Source: Octopus vulgaris (Eukaryota). From it: a DNA stretch of 64,000 nt. The translations under genes were made by a program, and so were the position numbers. This document shows positions 24,411 to 36,683 of the stretch, piece after piece; the stretch's first letter is position 1, and each line of letters starts with the position of its first letter. The stretch covers positions 21,018,001-21,082,000 of the forward strand of contig OX597824.1 in assembly GCA_951406725.2 (NCBI GenBank), given 5' to 3'. The notes under the pieces were generated by a model. It saw only the letters and a program-made list of their open reading frames with translations. It was not told the origin of the DNA and searched no databases.

Positions 24411-26866
24411 TTTAACTAGGTGCAGGTATAGGTGTATGGCTAAATTCACTATACACCCATGTTTCAGGGTTTTATCGAACTGCACATCACCTTGGATGGA
24501 GGTATGGGTTTTGGGATAAGTTCACTACACAACCATATTTTTCAAGGTTTGATTTAACTGTATGACACATTGGGCAATTTTGGGTTGACCAATACAGCGA
24601 TTCCACCCTCTTCAGTCAAGCTTTGAGCAGACTTTGGTAAAACTCTGGGGAAGACTGGCAGTTCCCCACCCCAGTATACAAACCTCTCCTCTCCATGTCA
24701 CCAATGTTTAACCAGGGGAAAAGTTGCTGACTTGGACTGATACATCTTGGGACCAGAGTCACAACACATATGGGTTTCAGAGCACAAAGAACCAGAACCG
24801 TTACCACAAGACATCTTGCTCAACCCTAACAGTTCCACCAATCTGATGCCCTCCATTGACACATCATCATTGTTTAACATCCGCCGGGTTGGACGATTTT
24901 GCTGAGGGCTGGCGAACCAGATGGCTGCACCAGGCTCCAATCTTGATCTGGCAGAGTTTCTACAGCTGGATGCCCTTCCTAATGCCAACCACTCCGAGAG
25001 TGTAGTGGCTGCTTTTTATGTGCCACCGGCATCCCAAAAGGATGCTTTATGTCCTGTTTTCCATGCTGGCATTGGTCATAATTGCACTTTCAGATGGGTT
25101 GGCAGACCAAATTTTGCTTGCAGGTTTCATTTTTGGCTTGGTTTGTATGACTGGCTGCCTTCATAAAGATTCCTCAAAACCTTTCAACATCAACCATCTC
25201 TCGGCCATAAGCATTTTAAAACCAGTTGAAAACAAAACAATGAGTAGTACAATCAATACTTTAATTACATCTGTAATTAACAATTGTATGAGTAATCTAC
25301 CTTTAAGTGCATGTAATACATTGCCACAACAAATCCAGTAACTGAGCAATGTGCAACAAATAAGAAGGCACAATGATGCTACAAGTGATTAATGAGAAGA
25401 GGTATTATATTTTTATTATTAAAAAGGAAGGGTGGACAGTTATATTTAACACCAATGAAAAATCCACGTATTTTTGCAAAAAAAAAAATTTCACAATGAA
25501 ATATTTTCTGATGTGTCTCTTGAAATGAAACTTTGTGCTTTTCGTTTCTGAAACTAAAATTTTATCTTTAATTTTGTACATTACCAACACCAAAGGTAAG
25601 ATTAGCAACCTCATTTGAGAGACAGAGAGAGATCCAGAACTACAGGGAACTTTAAAATAGCTGTAATAAACAGCAAGAAAATGTGCATTCCCATACGATT
25701 AACAGGTTGGTATTTCCATCCAGAAAATACCTTCTTTATGAAGCAGCTAGAAGCTTTAATGTTTGGTCCTCACAAGATGTGTACAATGCAAAATAATGAA
25801 CTTGAGGTCTCACCAGATGAAAAGAATACATACAGTGCCATGTGAACTTTTAGAATATTTCAAAAACATTCTTAAGGAGTCCAGCCTTTGAAACCAAGCT
25901 CTGATTTGTTAATGATGGAAATGAAAAGCCAATTCTTTGGAAGTATGGTATAAAACTTATACTATAAGAGTTTTAATAGTCCACTTGACCATGCTTAAAC
26001 AAAACCACAAAAGGAAAACAAAAACACTGTAGCAAGAATAATCTAACACTGGCTTAATTCTCAAACAAACATTCTTTCAAGCAAATATATTGTAACTGAA
26101 TAGACAAAAATATACAACGATTTATAAGTGCATCTAAAAAAGGTATTCATAGCTTACAACTTGACTGGCCTCATGCATTTCATAAGGTCAATGACCCAGA
26201 ATTTATTATATTTGATTTGATGAATTGCTTCAATTTTGAAGTGAATTATCTTTGGCGACCTACTTCAATTCAAAGAAATAAGTTTGAATTGCTTTTTTTT
26301 TAAAGTAAACAGATTTTTGGCAACCTTTCTCTATTTAATAAATTGCTTCAGTTTAAAAAAAATTTTCTATTATTATTTTTACTGAACAAAAATTGATGGC
26401 ATTTTGAATGACGACAATTTGACTGTCAGCATTTAATCTTGTCGGTATTGTCAGCATTTAATCTTGCTGGTACTGTCAGCATTTAGCCCACACAAAGAAG
26501 TACTGACCCGGATATGTTAGAGTATATCTATATGCAAGTCACACTCAGTGCATTGTAGTGGATCGGCTCTTTAGTAAAAGCTGAACTATTTTCTTGCACT
26601 GAAGTGGAAGCCTAATGTTTGGCACACAAAACTAATTATGTTATATATATACGATATCATCATCATAGATAAGACATTGTAAGATATAGAATCTATTTTA
26701 AATGTGTGGGCTTTAGTTGGGTGTTGTCCACACATAATGAGGGAGTGTAACTGTTTTTATGTTAATTTTGTTGAGGGAGACCAGGTAGCCATTTTTCTGG
26801 AATGCTTTCTTTTTGAGGTCTTTGATCAAAAGAAACTTTTTTTTGCCTGTTGTCAGTGGTGTAAGC

Positions 26867-27498
26867 CAGTGCTACTCAAAGTGGCGAACCGGCACCGGCC
26901 CACAAGCCATCAGCTGCCTGTATGCAGAGTTTCCAGAAAAGAAACATTATAAAATGCTTATGTATATTGTATTGTTTGTTTACAAAATAAATGTAGGTGG
27001 CTTGCTTACCAACCACATGGTTCCGGGTTCAGTCCCACTGTGTGGCACCTTAGGCGAGTGTCTTCTACTATAGCCTCGGGCCGACCAAAACCTTGTGAGT
27101 GGATTTGGAAGACTGAAACTGAAAGGAGCCCATCGTATATATGTATATCTATATGTGTGTGTGTTTGTCCCCCCAACATCGCTTAACAACCGATGCTGGT
27201 GTGTTTACGTCCCCGTAACTTAGCGGTTCGGCAAAAGAGACCGATAGAATAAGTACAAGGCTTACGAAGAATAAGTCCTGGGGTCGATTTGCTCGACTAT
27301 GAAGGCGGTGCTCCAGCATGGCCACAGTCAAATGACTGAAACAAGTAAAAGAGTAAAGAGTAAGATAACAAAAACTGTCAACTTTTATCACATTCATTAT
27401 ATATGTTGTTTCTGGTATAAATTAATATTACCAGTCTCTGACACACTGGAAAGAGAAAAACTGCCAGTACGCCACATCATATAGTTTGAGAAGCACTG
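26867..27498. mobile_element. hAT-like MITE containing a SINE A copy (26997-27362, +)
   Basis: TIRs CAGTGCTACTCAAA / TTTGAGAAGCACTG; flanks gtgtaagc / gtctaggt with central TA. Confidence 0.75.
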
Positions 27499-28694
27499 GT
27501 CTAGGTTATATGTAGAAGGTTAAAAGAGAGTGAAATCTAGTACAAATTATTTAGACATATTTGTACGTGGCGTTAGGAATAATGCATTATCAGGAGTAAT
27601 TGTGTGTGTGTGTGTGCGTGTGTTTGTGTGCCTGTGTTCATCCCCACAACATCGCTTAAGAACTGATAGTTTGTTTACATCCCTGTAACTTAGTGGTTCG
27701 GCAAAAGAGACCGATAGAATTTACAAAGAATATATACGGCGGGCTTCTTTCAGTTTCCGTCTACCAAATCCACTCACAAGGCTTTGGTCGGCCCGAGGCT
27801 ATAATAGAAGACACTCGCCCAAGGTGCCACACAGTGGGACTGAACACGGAACCATGTGGTTGGTAAGCAAACCACCTACATGAAGAGGAGCAAGGGGGAC
27901 ATAACTCTGCACAGAAATACACTGCAATCAATGGAGTGTGTTGGAGGGGGTTGGAGAGGGTGCATGTTGGATTGGAATCGTCTGACAATATTATGGAAAA
28001 ACCTAATTATTTAATTAGCACAAAATATAGAAACCAATATCTATAATATTATTGTGCATGTCTAAGGCAACTTGGCCATACTGTCCATCAGCCTCCAGGG
28101 GAATTCATTCACAAAGTGGTTATCCCAGCTCCCCTCCCCTCCCAGGCTGGGGCAAATGAGCTGGAGAGCAACTGAAGATGTGGTTGGCAATGGTAAAGGT
28201 GGACATGGAAGCACAATTGGTCTCCTGCATCTGTGGTCTTTGGTAGTGAAACTGGGAGTGGGTATCCATTACAGCCTTGACTGTGGCCAAAACTGTCACG
28301 TGGTCAGCATTCATGAGGGACAAGGGGAACTCGTTCATAGCCAGCTCAACCCAGCCTGGGTGAATGCCACCAGAAAGACAAAAAGTTACACTTCAAAAGG
28401 AAAAAGTGAAAAGATTTTCAGGAGAAAGCAAAAACTATTTTTAATGCTTCTCTTATTTTTCAATAAGATGAATGTTCAAATCCATCGTTAGTAAAAAAAA
28501 AAAAATTTTTTTAAAACCCCCCCACAAAAATCAAAAAAAGAATCTGTGTGAGAGGAGTACTAATGTCTTATTTCTTCTTTTACGCAATTACAAAACAATC
28601 CAGCTTACTTTTGATATACTGGATGATTTATATAGTTTCTAGTCGGTGCCCTATTGTACCATGTTTATTTTACTTTCATTATTAAATACATCCA

Positions 28695-28885
28695 AGGTGT
28701 CGAGCTGACAGAATCGTTAGTGGCATTTCGACGGTCACTACGTACTGAGTTCAAATTCCGCCAAGGTCAACTTTGCCTTTCATCCTGTCAGGGTCGATAA
28801 AATAAGTACCAGTTGAGCGTTGGGGTCAATGTAATTGACTTAATCCCCTCTCCCAAGCTGCCCTTGTGGCAAAAATCTGAAGTCA
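28695..28885 (+). mobile_element. SINE family B, older tail variant
   Basis: gagctgacagaatcgttag..gagttcaaattccgcc..ttgcctttcatcct. Confidence 0.8.
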
Positions 28886-29299
28886 TTAAATTCTTCCATT
28901 TCCTAAGGTGATTTTCAAGGAGGAATTAGGAAGGGTCTCCAACAGTAGAATCCAAGCCAAATCAGACCAGAACTTGGTGCAGCTCTCTGGCTCCCCAGTT
29001 CCAATCAAACCGTCCAACCCATGCCAACATGGAAAGCGGATGCTAGATGATGAGGATGAAAATACTTTCCCCTTCACCTTCAATAAGGGACTTGAAATTA
29101 TGATTTTTCACAAACCATATGCAGGAATGTATAAAAATATATATTTGATAAACTTTCCCTCCCTATGAATATGAACTGCACTTCAGACGAGGACTTGACA
29201 ATGAAGAGGAACAACTTCCTCAAAAATAATGAAATCTATGTGTTTACTGGTGAAAATATCCAACAGACCAAAAAATATTAAAAAATCAAGAAATATTGC

Positions 29300-29600
29300 A
29301 CCATTAGAGGGATCTTATATTCATCTTGACCCCTGGACCCTATGGGTTACTCACTTATTTCACAATAATGTGCAGGAGTGGGCACAATGGTATTATGCAG
29401 CATGCTGAAGAACAATAGACCGGTGTTTGAAATAAGGTGATTATGCAAAAAGTTCCATTATTACTTTGCATGCAGAGGTAGCTTTGGTATCATTTACAAA
29501 TTAACAATGTTTCACCGACAATATGTAGTCAATGCACACATCAAAAAGAGAAGATGCCATTTACAGTTTGCAAGAAACAACCAATCCCCAGCAGCTTGTT
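29300..29600 (+). pseudogene. Decayed Helitron Rep/helicase fragment
   Basis: Broken frames give DPMGYSLI, YYA and FHRQYVVNAHIK, resembling Helitron DP..YPLLFP..GW / YY / LFQQY.VDAY.KIE motifs in the right order. Confidence 0.5.
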
Positions 29601-29776
29601 GAGCAATACAATAGACTGATGGGCCCATCACCTTTCAGCTAAAGAAGACCAGGACATATAATTATTAACACCATAAGTTATCTAAATCCTAATTTTTCAA
29701 TAATCTCAGTACAATAACTCACTATTATAAAAAAAGGAAAATTTTAAATATAAGGAAACAATATCATGAAAATCTA

Positions 29777-30172
29777 AGGCGGTGAGCTAGCAGAAATGTT
29801 AGCACGCTGGGCGAAATGCTTAGTGGTGTTTCATCTGTCTTTACGTTCTGAGTTCAAATTCCACCGAGGTCGACTTTGCTTTTCATCCTTTCGGGGACGA
29901 TTAAATAAATACCAGTTACGTACTGGGGGATCGATGTAATCGACTTAATCTGTTTGTCATTGTTTGTCCTCTCTGTGTTTAGCCTCTTGTGGGTAGTAAA
30001 GAAATAGGTAGTTCATCTGCTGTTATGTTTTGAGTACAAATTCTGCCGAGGTCGACTTTGCTTCTGATCCTTTCAGGGTCAATAAATTAAGTACCAGTTA
30101 TGTAGTGGGGTCGATCTAATCGACTGCCCCCCACTCCCCCAAAATTTTGAGCCTTGTGCAGAAAAGAATATT
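29777..30172 (+). mobile_element. SINE family B head-to-tail dimer
   Basis: Second unit starts directly after aaagaaatag; whole dimer flanked by atgaaaatcta duplication. Confidence 0.85.
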
Positions 30173-31479
30173 ATGAAAATCTATAAATTCATGCATCAAA
30201 ATGAAATTTATAAAGCATGGTGTATCCATGACTATGTGTACACACACACACATTATATTTGGTATTTATAAAATACAGAAAACATATTTTATGCTTTATA
30301 AAACAAATTTCATTGGATTGCATAATTGCTTGTCGAAACATAATATAAGCTTGTTAATTCCTCTTCAGTGTTAAGTATATATATATATATATATATATAC
30401 TCGAGCAATTATATTTTGTTTTATAAAAACAATGTTTAATGTTATTTTCAGAGCTGATGATTAATTAGAATAGCAGACAAGAGAAACTATAACCTCTTTA
30501 ATCAATTACAATAACTATGTACCATAATGAAAACTAATTTATCCTACTACACTTATCTAGTTGTAAACTACTAGTGTGTTTTACTATACAAATATTGAAG
30601 TATTTAGTAGAGAACTACATAATAAGTAACTTCTGTGGTAAATAAAAATGTTTTAGTCATTCATAAAGATAAGCAAGTATTTTTAAGCACTGGACTAGAA
30701 GTTCATGTATGAAAGATAAATCTTTATATTTTGTATCTTAACTGATAAACAAAATTTAAGCTAAAAGCAACAAGGATATTCAATGAAGAACATACAAAAT
30801 AAATGGTTGGTACATTTTGAAATATATATTTCAGAAATTTTAGATTTGCTGGACATGCAATGTGAACATCAAGTAAAAACTGATGTCGGGTGAATTAAGA
30901 ATTCAAAAAAAGACAACTATTTTGGGTTTGATAATGTAATAACAGGAACAGTGTTTGGCAAGTGAGAAGGATTGTGAATGATAACCGAAACAAAGGCATA
31001 CTGGAAGAAAATTTGGCAATGGCAAGATCTGGTTTGAATCAAGTTTAGGGGGAGAAAATAAGTAAAGGATATAGGAGGTTGTTCTGTTGAATTATCAAAT
31101 CTTATATATATAAAAAAAAAAAGATATAACTATTGATGATAGTAATTAATTTATAAATATAAATTTAATAATATTAATAAAGAATGTTTAAGAGTTTAAT
31201 GACAGATCAATAGCATGTTGACTGATTGGAAGACTGTAAAATTCTAATTATTTCAGTTCATATCACTAATTAACATTAGAAACATATAGCAATTATAAAA
31301 GTCAAAGACTTGAAGTTAAACTAAATCTTAGTATTTACTAATTTTTAAATATAGAATTACCAAAAAAAAAAAAAAAGTTGAATTGTCATGATTCTTTTAG
31401 TTAAAATGTTTGGAAAGAGTGAACCTAAAGTGCAGGTTACAACACTAATAATTATCTGGGCGTGTCTTTTGGTACTTAC

Positions 31480-31494
31480 ACATTCCATCATCAC
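31480..31494 (-). CDS. Candidate 15-nt alternative microexon of PACSIN
   Basis: gtttatttttgtAG|GTGATGATGGAATGT|GTAAGT; strong acceptor and consensus donor, length divisible by 3, no stop in phase 1. Confidence 0.55.
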
Positions 31495-31568
31495 CTACAA
31501 AAATAAACGTCTGATTGATAATTAACAAAGAAATATATTCTTTAAGCAGATCTTGAATCAAGCAATAA

Positions 31569-31573
<5 letters not shown>

Positions 31574-31624
<51 letters not shown>
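31574..31624. repeat. (TA)n microsatellite; similar tracts at ~10949-10990, 33713-33757, 44164-44197, 59399-59445
   Basis: Direct reading. Confidence 0.95.
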
Positions 31625-31627
<3 letters not shown>

Positions 31628-32905
31628 TGCTGTTAAAAGATCTGGAATGATATATCAATATTTTAAATTAAAAGGAAGTGTTTCTGTTTGGGTTGCTTTT
31701 CATTCCTGAAATATTTTGGATATATTACCAATATGCTGATGCAGAACAAGTCTCTGAATTAAACCAGAAATTCTTCTAAGCCTTTCTTTTTCATCAACTA
31801 CATCAAACTTCTAACATTTTCTTTGTGATTTATATACTTACTTATACATACACATAAAAATTTTTTTTTTTAAATCACATACATACACACATGAGAACTC
31901 CTGTTCGCTATATTCCTTGAGTAAGAGATCTTTACCGTTGTGAGACATCATTTAGCTCTTTTACATCTGTTAGCAATTATCTCCCATGCTTCTTTATATT
32001 CTGATTATACAGCAGAATCTCACTTGGAATCTCTCATCAAATACAAATCGGTTTATGAACAACTTTTGAATATAAAACATCTTGGGTGATAAATGGTGTC
32101 TTCAGTAACAAACATGTAAGTTGGCAACAAGGCTGAGAGTATCATGAGGAGAGCATCAGTTGCTGTCTAGCTTTCACATAGGACACATGTTTGTTTTTCA
32201 TTCACTGTACCGTCTGTTGAATTTCCTATGGAGAAAGATAGTTTCGGTTTATGAAATTTTGAGTGACGACCAGCCTTCATGAATTAAATTTGTAAACTGA
32301 GGTCCTACATTGAGAAAGAGCATTTTGTCTCATAATGAAAGACCACAGCCGAAAACCTTGGACTCCACTCTTTTCCTTTCTTAGATCATAAATGAATTAC
32401 TTTGTGCCTCTGCTTGTGTTGCTGTTTGATTCTGAGACTGTTTAGATATGGAACAAAGAAAGCTTTCATTCTAAAGTAATGAATTTTTCAAAAAAATAGC
32501 ACAAGCGATTGACCAACAGAATCTCACTTGTTCATCTTTAAACATACATGGATTACAGAAACCTACCTACAAGAAACTTAAATGTAATATGCCATGGTAA
32601 CCACTGTGCGCTATGCATGTTTGAACAAGCAGTAGTGTTACAAACTAGGCTAAAATATGGCATTATCTAATTGCCCACAGCCAGGCAATAACACCATTTT
32701 ATTTTCTTCACCCTCAAGCAAAACATTGCATTCTTCACTCTTCATGACAACTGAACTTATCAAAACTCATTTATAAAATATGGTCACATACAAATTATCA
32801 GTTACTACAGCAACGGCAAGATTTCTTGAGCAGAGAATAACAATAAAAATATAGGGCCACTCGCCAACAATAACTGAAGCAAAAATGTTACAAAATATAA
32901 TTTAC

Positions 32906-33113
32906 CCTTTTCAAGGAAGTCGTTCCATTTTCTAGACCACTGTGAAAGCTGCTTTGCGTAAGATTTTTCTATATCACTTCTTGTTTCAATTAATTGCCTT
33001 AAACTGTCACAAAGTTTACTGCCATTTTCAATCCGTTTTACAGACCGGTTGTATTTTCCTATCTCCCAGAAACTCTCACTCGCTTGGTTGTTATACTCAT
33101 CCATAACAGACAT
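32906..33113 (-). CDS. PACSIN: PACSIN/syndapin, first coding exon (F-BAR/FCH N-terminus); full exon 32906-33132 includes 19 nt of 5'UTR
   Basis: Translates MSVMDEYNNQASESFWEIGKYNRSVKRIENGSKLCDSLRQLIETRSDIEKSYAKQLSQWSRKWNDFLEK(G), matching the PACSIN pattern SFWE.G.Y.R.VKRI..G..LC.....R..IEK.YA.QL..W. Acceptor ttttctttctaattttAG before 33132; donor G|GTAAAT after 32906 (phase 1). Confidence 0.95.
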
Positions 33114-33529
33114 GTTACAGCTGACAGTTAACCTAAAATTAGAAAGAAAAATAAATAAATGAGAATGTGGTTATGATAGCATGTGAGAATTTTATTACAA
33201 TGACTCAACAATTGATACAAAAAGCAGGCTTTATATAAAGATTATTTGTGGATTCTCTTTGTTGTTGTTCTTTTTCAATGCACAATCTAGTTTTTGACAA
33301 GGAATTGTCTTACAATAACACTTGTAACAATTTCCACCCACAACAATATATTAAACACAGAGTAAAAAATAACACCTCCTCACTTCAACATTTTATTCAT
33401 ATCTGAACGATAAATAAAATGTCAAAGCAGTATTTAAATTACAAAACCCAAACCTCAGGCTATAGCTTTTACTTTCAAGTAAGAATGCATATTTTACTAC
33501 ATTTTTTTAAAATAAAAGACATTAAGTCA

Positions 33530-33709
33530 CTCTCTTTACTCTTTTACATGTTTCAGTCATTTGACTGCGGCCATGCTGGAGCACCGCCTTTAGTCGGGCA
33601 AATCGACCCCGGGACTTATTCTATTGGTCTCTCTTTTGCTGAACCACTAAGTGACAGTTGTCAAGCAATGCTAGGGAGACAAACACAGATACACAAACAC
33701 ACACACATA

Positions 33710-33759
<50 letters not shown>

Positions 33760-33921
33760 GACAGGCTTCTTTCAGTTTCCGTCTACCAAATCCACTCACA
33801 AGGCATTGGTCGGCCCGAGGCTATAGAAGAAGACACTTGCCCAAGGTGCCACGCAGTGGGACTGAACCCGGAACCATGTGGTTGGTTAGCAAGCTACTTA
33901 TCACACAGCCCACTCATGCAC
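33530..33921 (-). mobile_element. SINE family A with internal deletions
   Basis: Family A consensus on the minus strand, ~400 bp upstream of the ATG exon. Confidence 0.9.
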
Positions 33922-34744
33922 TGTTAGTATTTTCAACAAATTTAATGTAACATCCTGTGCTAAAAGAAAAATATAAACAGGCATGGTTGTGTGGCTCTGG
34001 GCTTGATTCCCACTGGATGGAATCTTGAGCAAGTATCTTCTCTCACAGCCTAAAGTTGATCAATAAATTGTTAGTGGAATTTGGTAAGCCGGAAATGTGA
34101 TAAAAGCCTGTTATGTTATAGCAAAGGGTGTAAATATTAGTTAAGTCAAAACAATCATGGTGCTTCTTGCAATGTTACAAGAACAATGAATCAGAGATTT
34201 GGGTTGGAAATATGTAACCAATGATGATGTTGGTCACAAACTATGTTTAAAACAAAAAGAGGAAAATTTTTATGTTGATATCTCTTGCAGTATCTCCCCA
34301 TGTTTTGGTAAAAAAAAAAAAAAAAGACACACACCTGCACACAGTGTTAAATTGAGGTTAATATTTAAAAGTTAATTAATAACAATGGAACATTTACTGA
34401 GTAAGGGACTCAATATAGAGAGAAGGGTCCAATCATTGAAAATTCAAGCTGACTGGATGGTTGATTGGATGGTTGAACAAGCACACTCACACACGTGTGT
34501 GTGTGTGCGCACATCTACATTATCTACAAGTAGTTAAAGAAAATGCTCAAGAAACCGTGCTATCAATTTGCTCAGTTACTGACAAGATGTAAGTCAGTTG
34601 AGAACAGTTAAAACCTGTGTCTTCTACCATTAATCCACTCTCACTAAACTTTCTATTTTTTCTTCTTTTTTTTTTAGTAGCTTGGAAGAAAATTATCAGA
34701 CATTATCACAAGAATGTGATGTAAGCAAATAACAGTAGTTCTGC

Positions 34745-35700
34745 CTTGGCTATGATTTCTTATATTTTCCACAGAGTAATAGACGAGGAGGATAGTAACA
34801 GGACCAAGTAAAACATCTTGGAGGCAAGGTGCCAAACTCAATCATAAAAACACCAGCATACAAAAAGGAACAAGATGCTCCAACAGGGAGACATTCCACA
34901 AGAAATCCCACAGGTCTAAGACTACTAAAATTGCCAATGGTAAGTGCCCTCTCCCAGCTGTGTTCTTCAGCCAACAGGCACATGTTCAGATTAGGCCTGT
35001 TCTCTAGGGCCTTCTTACCACACTCACCCACCTCTTTAGGAGAGTGCAGCACCTCCCTATCCACCATCACCTACAAAATATCAATATGTCCCCATTTGTT
35101 TGCATCCCTCCTCAGCAGTACCGTCAGCCGTCCAAGAATTTGAACCTGAAGATCTCCATTTCCAGCGACTTCAAGGGCCACCTCCCAGTGGTGTCGGGCG
35201 TCAACGAAGAGCCCTCGACTACAACAAGACGACCAAAGTTTTTATTTTTTCCCCCTCAAGGTCTGGGGTCTCCCGCCCCTAAGCCCTAGATCATCACCTA
35301 ATCACCCTTACCCGTCCTGTTGCTTAACAACAACAGCAACACCACCACTCTCTGACTCTCAAAACTTAGAATCTTCCATCCTGCTGCTGGTTGCAGTTGA
35401 CAGATGCCTGCCAAGACGCTGGCATACAAATCTGGCATGTGTATGCCAAGTCTGTAGACTTGGCCATTCAGTACAGGTGATTTACCATCAGCCTTACCCC
35501 CACCAGCTGCTGTCATTGATTTCTGCAGCATTTTCCCTCTTCTGCTGAGAGCCAATCAGTCAGTCAATGATGAAGGTACCCAAGACAATAGTGTCATCTC
35601 CAGTCCATCACTCACCCACCAAAACTGAGAATATGCTATTGGGAAGTAACACAAATCTGTTTGGAATATAGTAACATGCCTGTCTAGGTCTATCAAAGAC
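34745..35700 (-). mobile_element. Decayed L1/Tx1-like LINE 3' remnant
   Basis: GC-richer block with broken frames (..VDREVL..RWVSVVRR) and a 3' end ctctgtggaaaatataagaaat resembling the SINE B tail; clade assignment tentative. Confidence 0.45.
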
Positions 35701-36044
35701 CAAATAGTATTTTCTCAAAAATAATTTCAGCCGTGCTACTAGCATCAGCTGACAGTAGAAATAGTTCAAACTTAGCATACCAATTATTGTTCAATAATTT
35801 TTTTTTTAAATATTTTCCTTGTAAAGCAAATTTTTATCCCAAAATTCTTAAATGGTTTATCTCACAGTAATTGCTGTTGTTTCAAGAAATTCGTTTTGGA
35901 ATTAAATGACCTCTTTAGAATGCATTTGTATCATTCTGGTAATTTTACCTAACAATTAGTTAAGTGTAAACTTAGCTCTTTATTTTGTCACACTGAATCT
36001 AAATTCCTTGATTCTGTTCAACATGTTACCCATTAGAAATAATA

Positions 36045-36080
<36 letters not shown>

Positions 36081-36299
36081 GTAAACAGTTTTTCCATGCA
36101 CCAATTCAGGTTGCTAGTGCTTATCTCAGGACCAGCTGTATTTGACGATAATCAACTTTGACACAGTGGAAATCTGTTCCCATCCTTGCTTAATTCTAAC
36201 AATGTATGTACTGTGAACATGCATATATGTACACTCATGCCTACGCATACATCTTCACCTCTCCTCCGCTTCTTCATCAACAGAGTTTTATTTTATTTT

Positions 36300-36683
36300 A
36301 TTTTACTCTTTTGCTTGCTTCAGTCATTTGACTGCGGCCTTAAGTCGAACAAATCGACCCAAGGACTTATTCTTTGTAAGCCTAGTATTTATCCTATCAG
36401 TCTCTTTTGCCGAACCACTAAGTTACAGGGATGTAAACACACCAGCATCAGTTGTCAAGCGATGTTGGGTGGACAAACACAGACATACAAACACACATAT
36501 ATATACATATACATATATACGACGGGCTCCTTTCAGTTTCCGTCTACCAAATCCACTCACAAGGCTTTGGTTGGCGCGAGGCTATAGTAGAAGACACTTG
36601 CCCAAGGTGCCATGCAGTGGGACTGAACTTGGAACCACGTGGTTGGTAAGCAAGCTACTTACCACACAGCCACTCCTGTGCCT
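36300..36683 (-). mobile_element. SINE family A
   Basis: Family A consensus. Confidence 0.9.

Larger units (their letters stand above)
1657..32905 (-). other. 31,249-bp phase-1 intron of PACSIN
   Basis: GT..AG boundaries join the two exons in frame as LEK-G-PEYG; no other F-BAR coding sequence seen between them. Confidence 0.85.

Noticed and set aside
26422-26485. 25-bp tandem repeat, 2.5 units
   Set aside because: Ordinary short local duplication with no further structure.
28072-28491. 139-aa ORF in a GC-richer block
   Set aside because: No recognisable domain or splice context; probably a decayed retroelement fragment.
30450-30497. CTGATGA...GAAA on the + strand
   Set aside because: No stem II pairing between the motifs; treated as chance.
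32805-32905. C-terminal extension of the 102-aa ORF (KLYFVTFLLQ...)
   Set aside because: Read-through past the splice donor; PACSIN similarity stops at LEKG.
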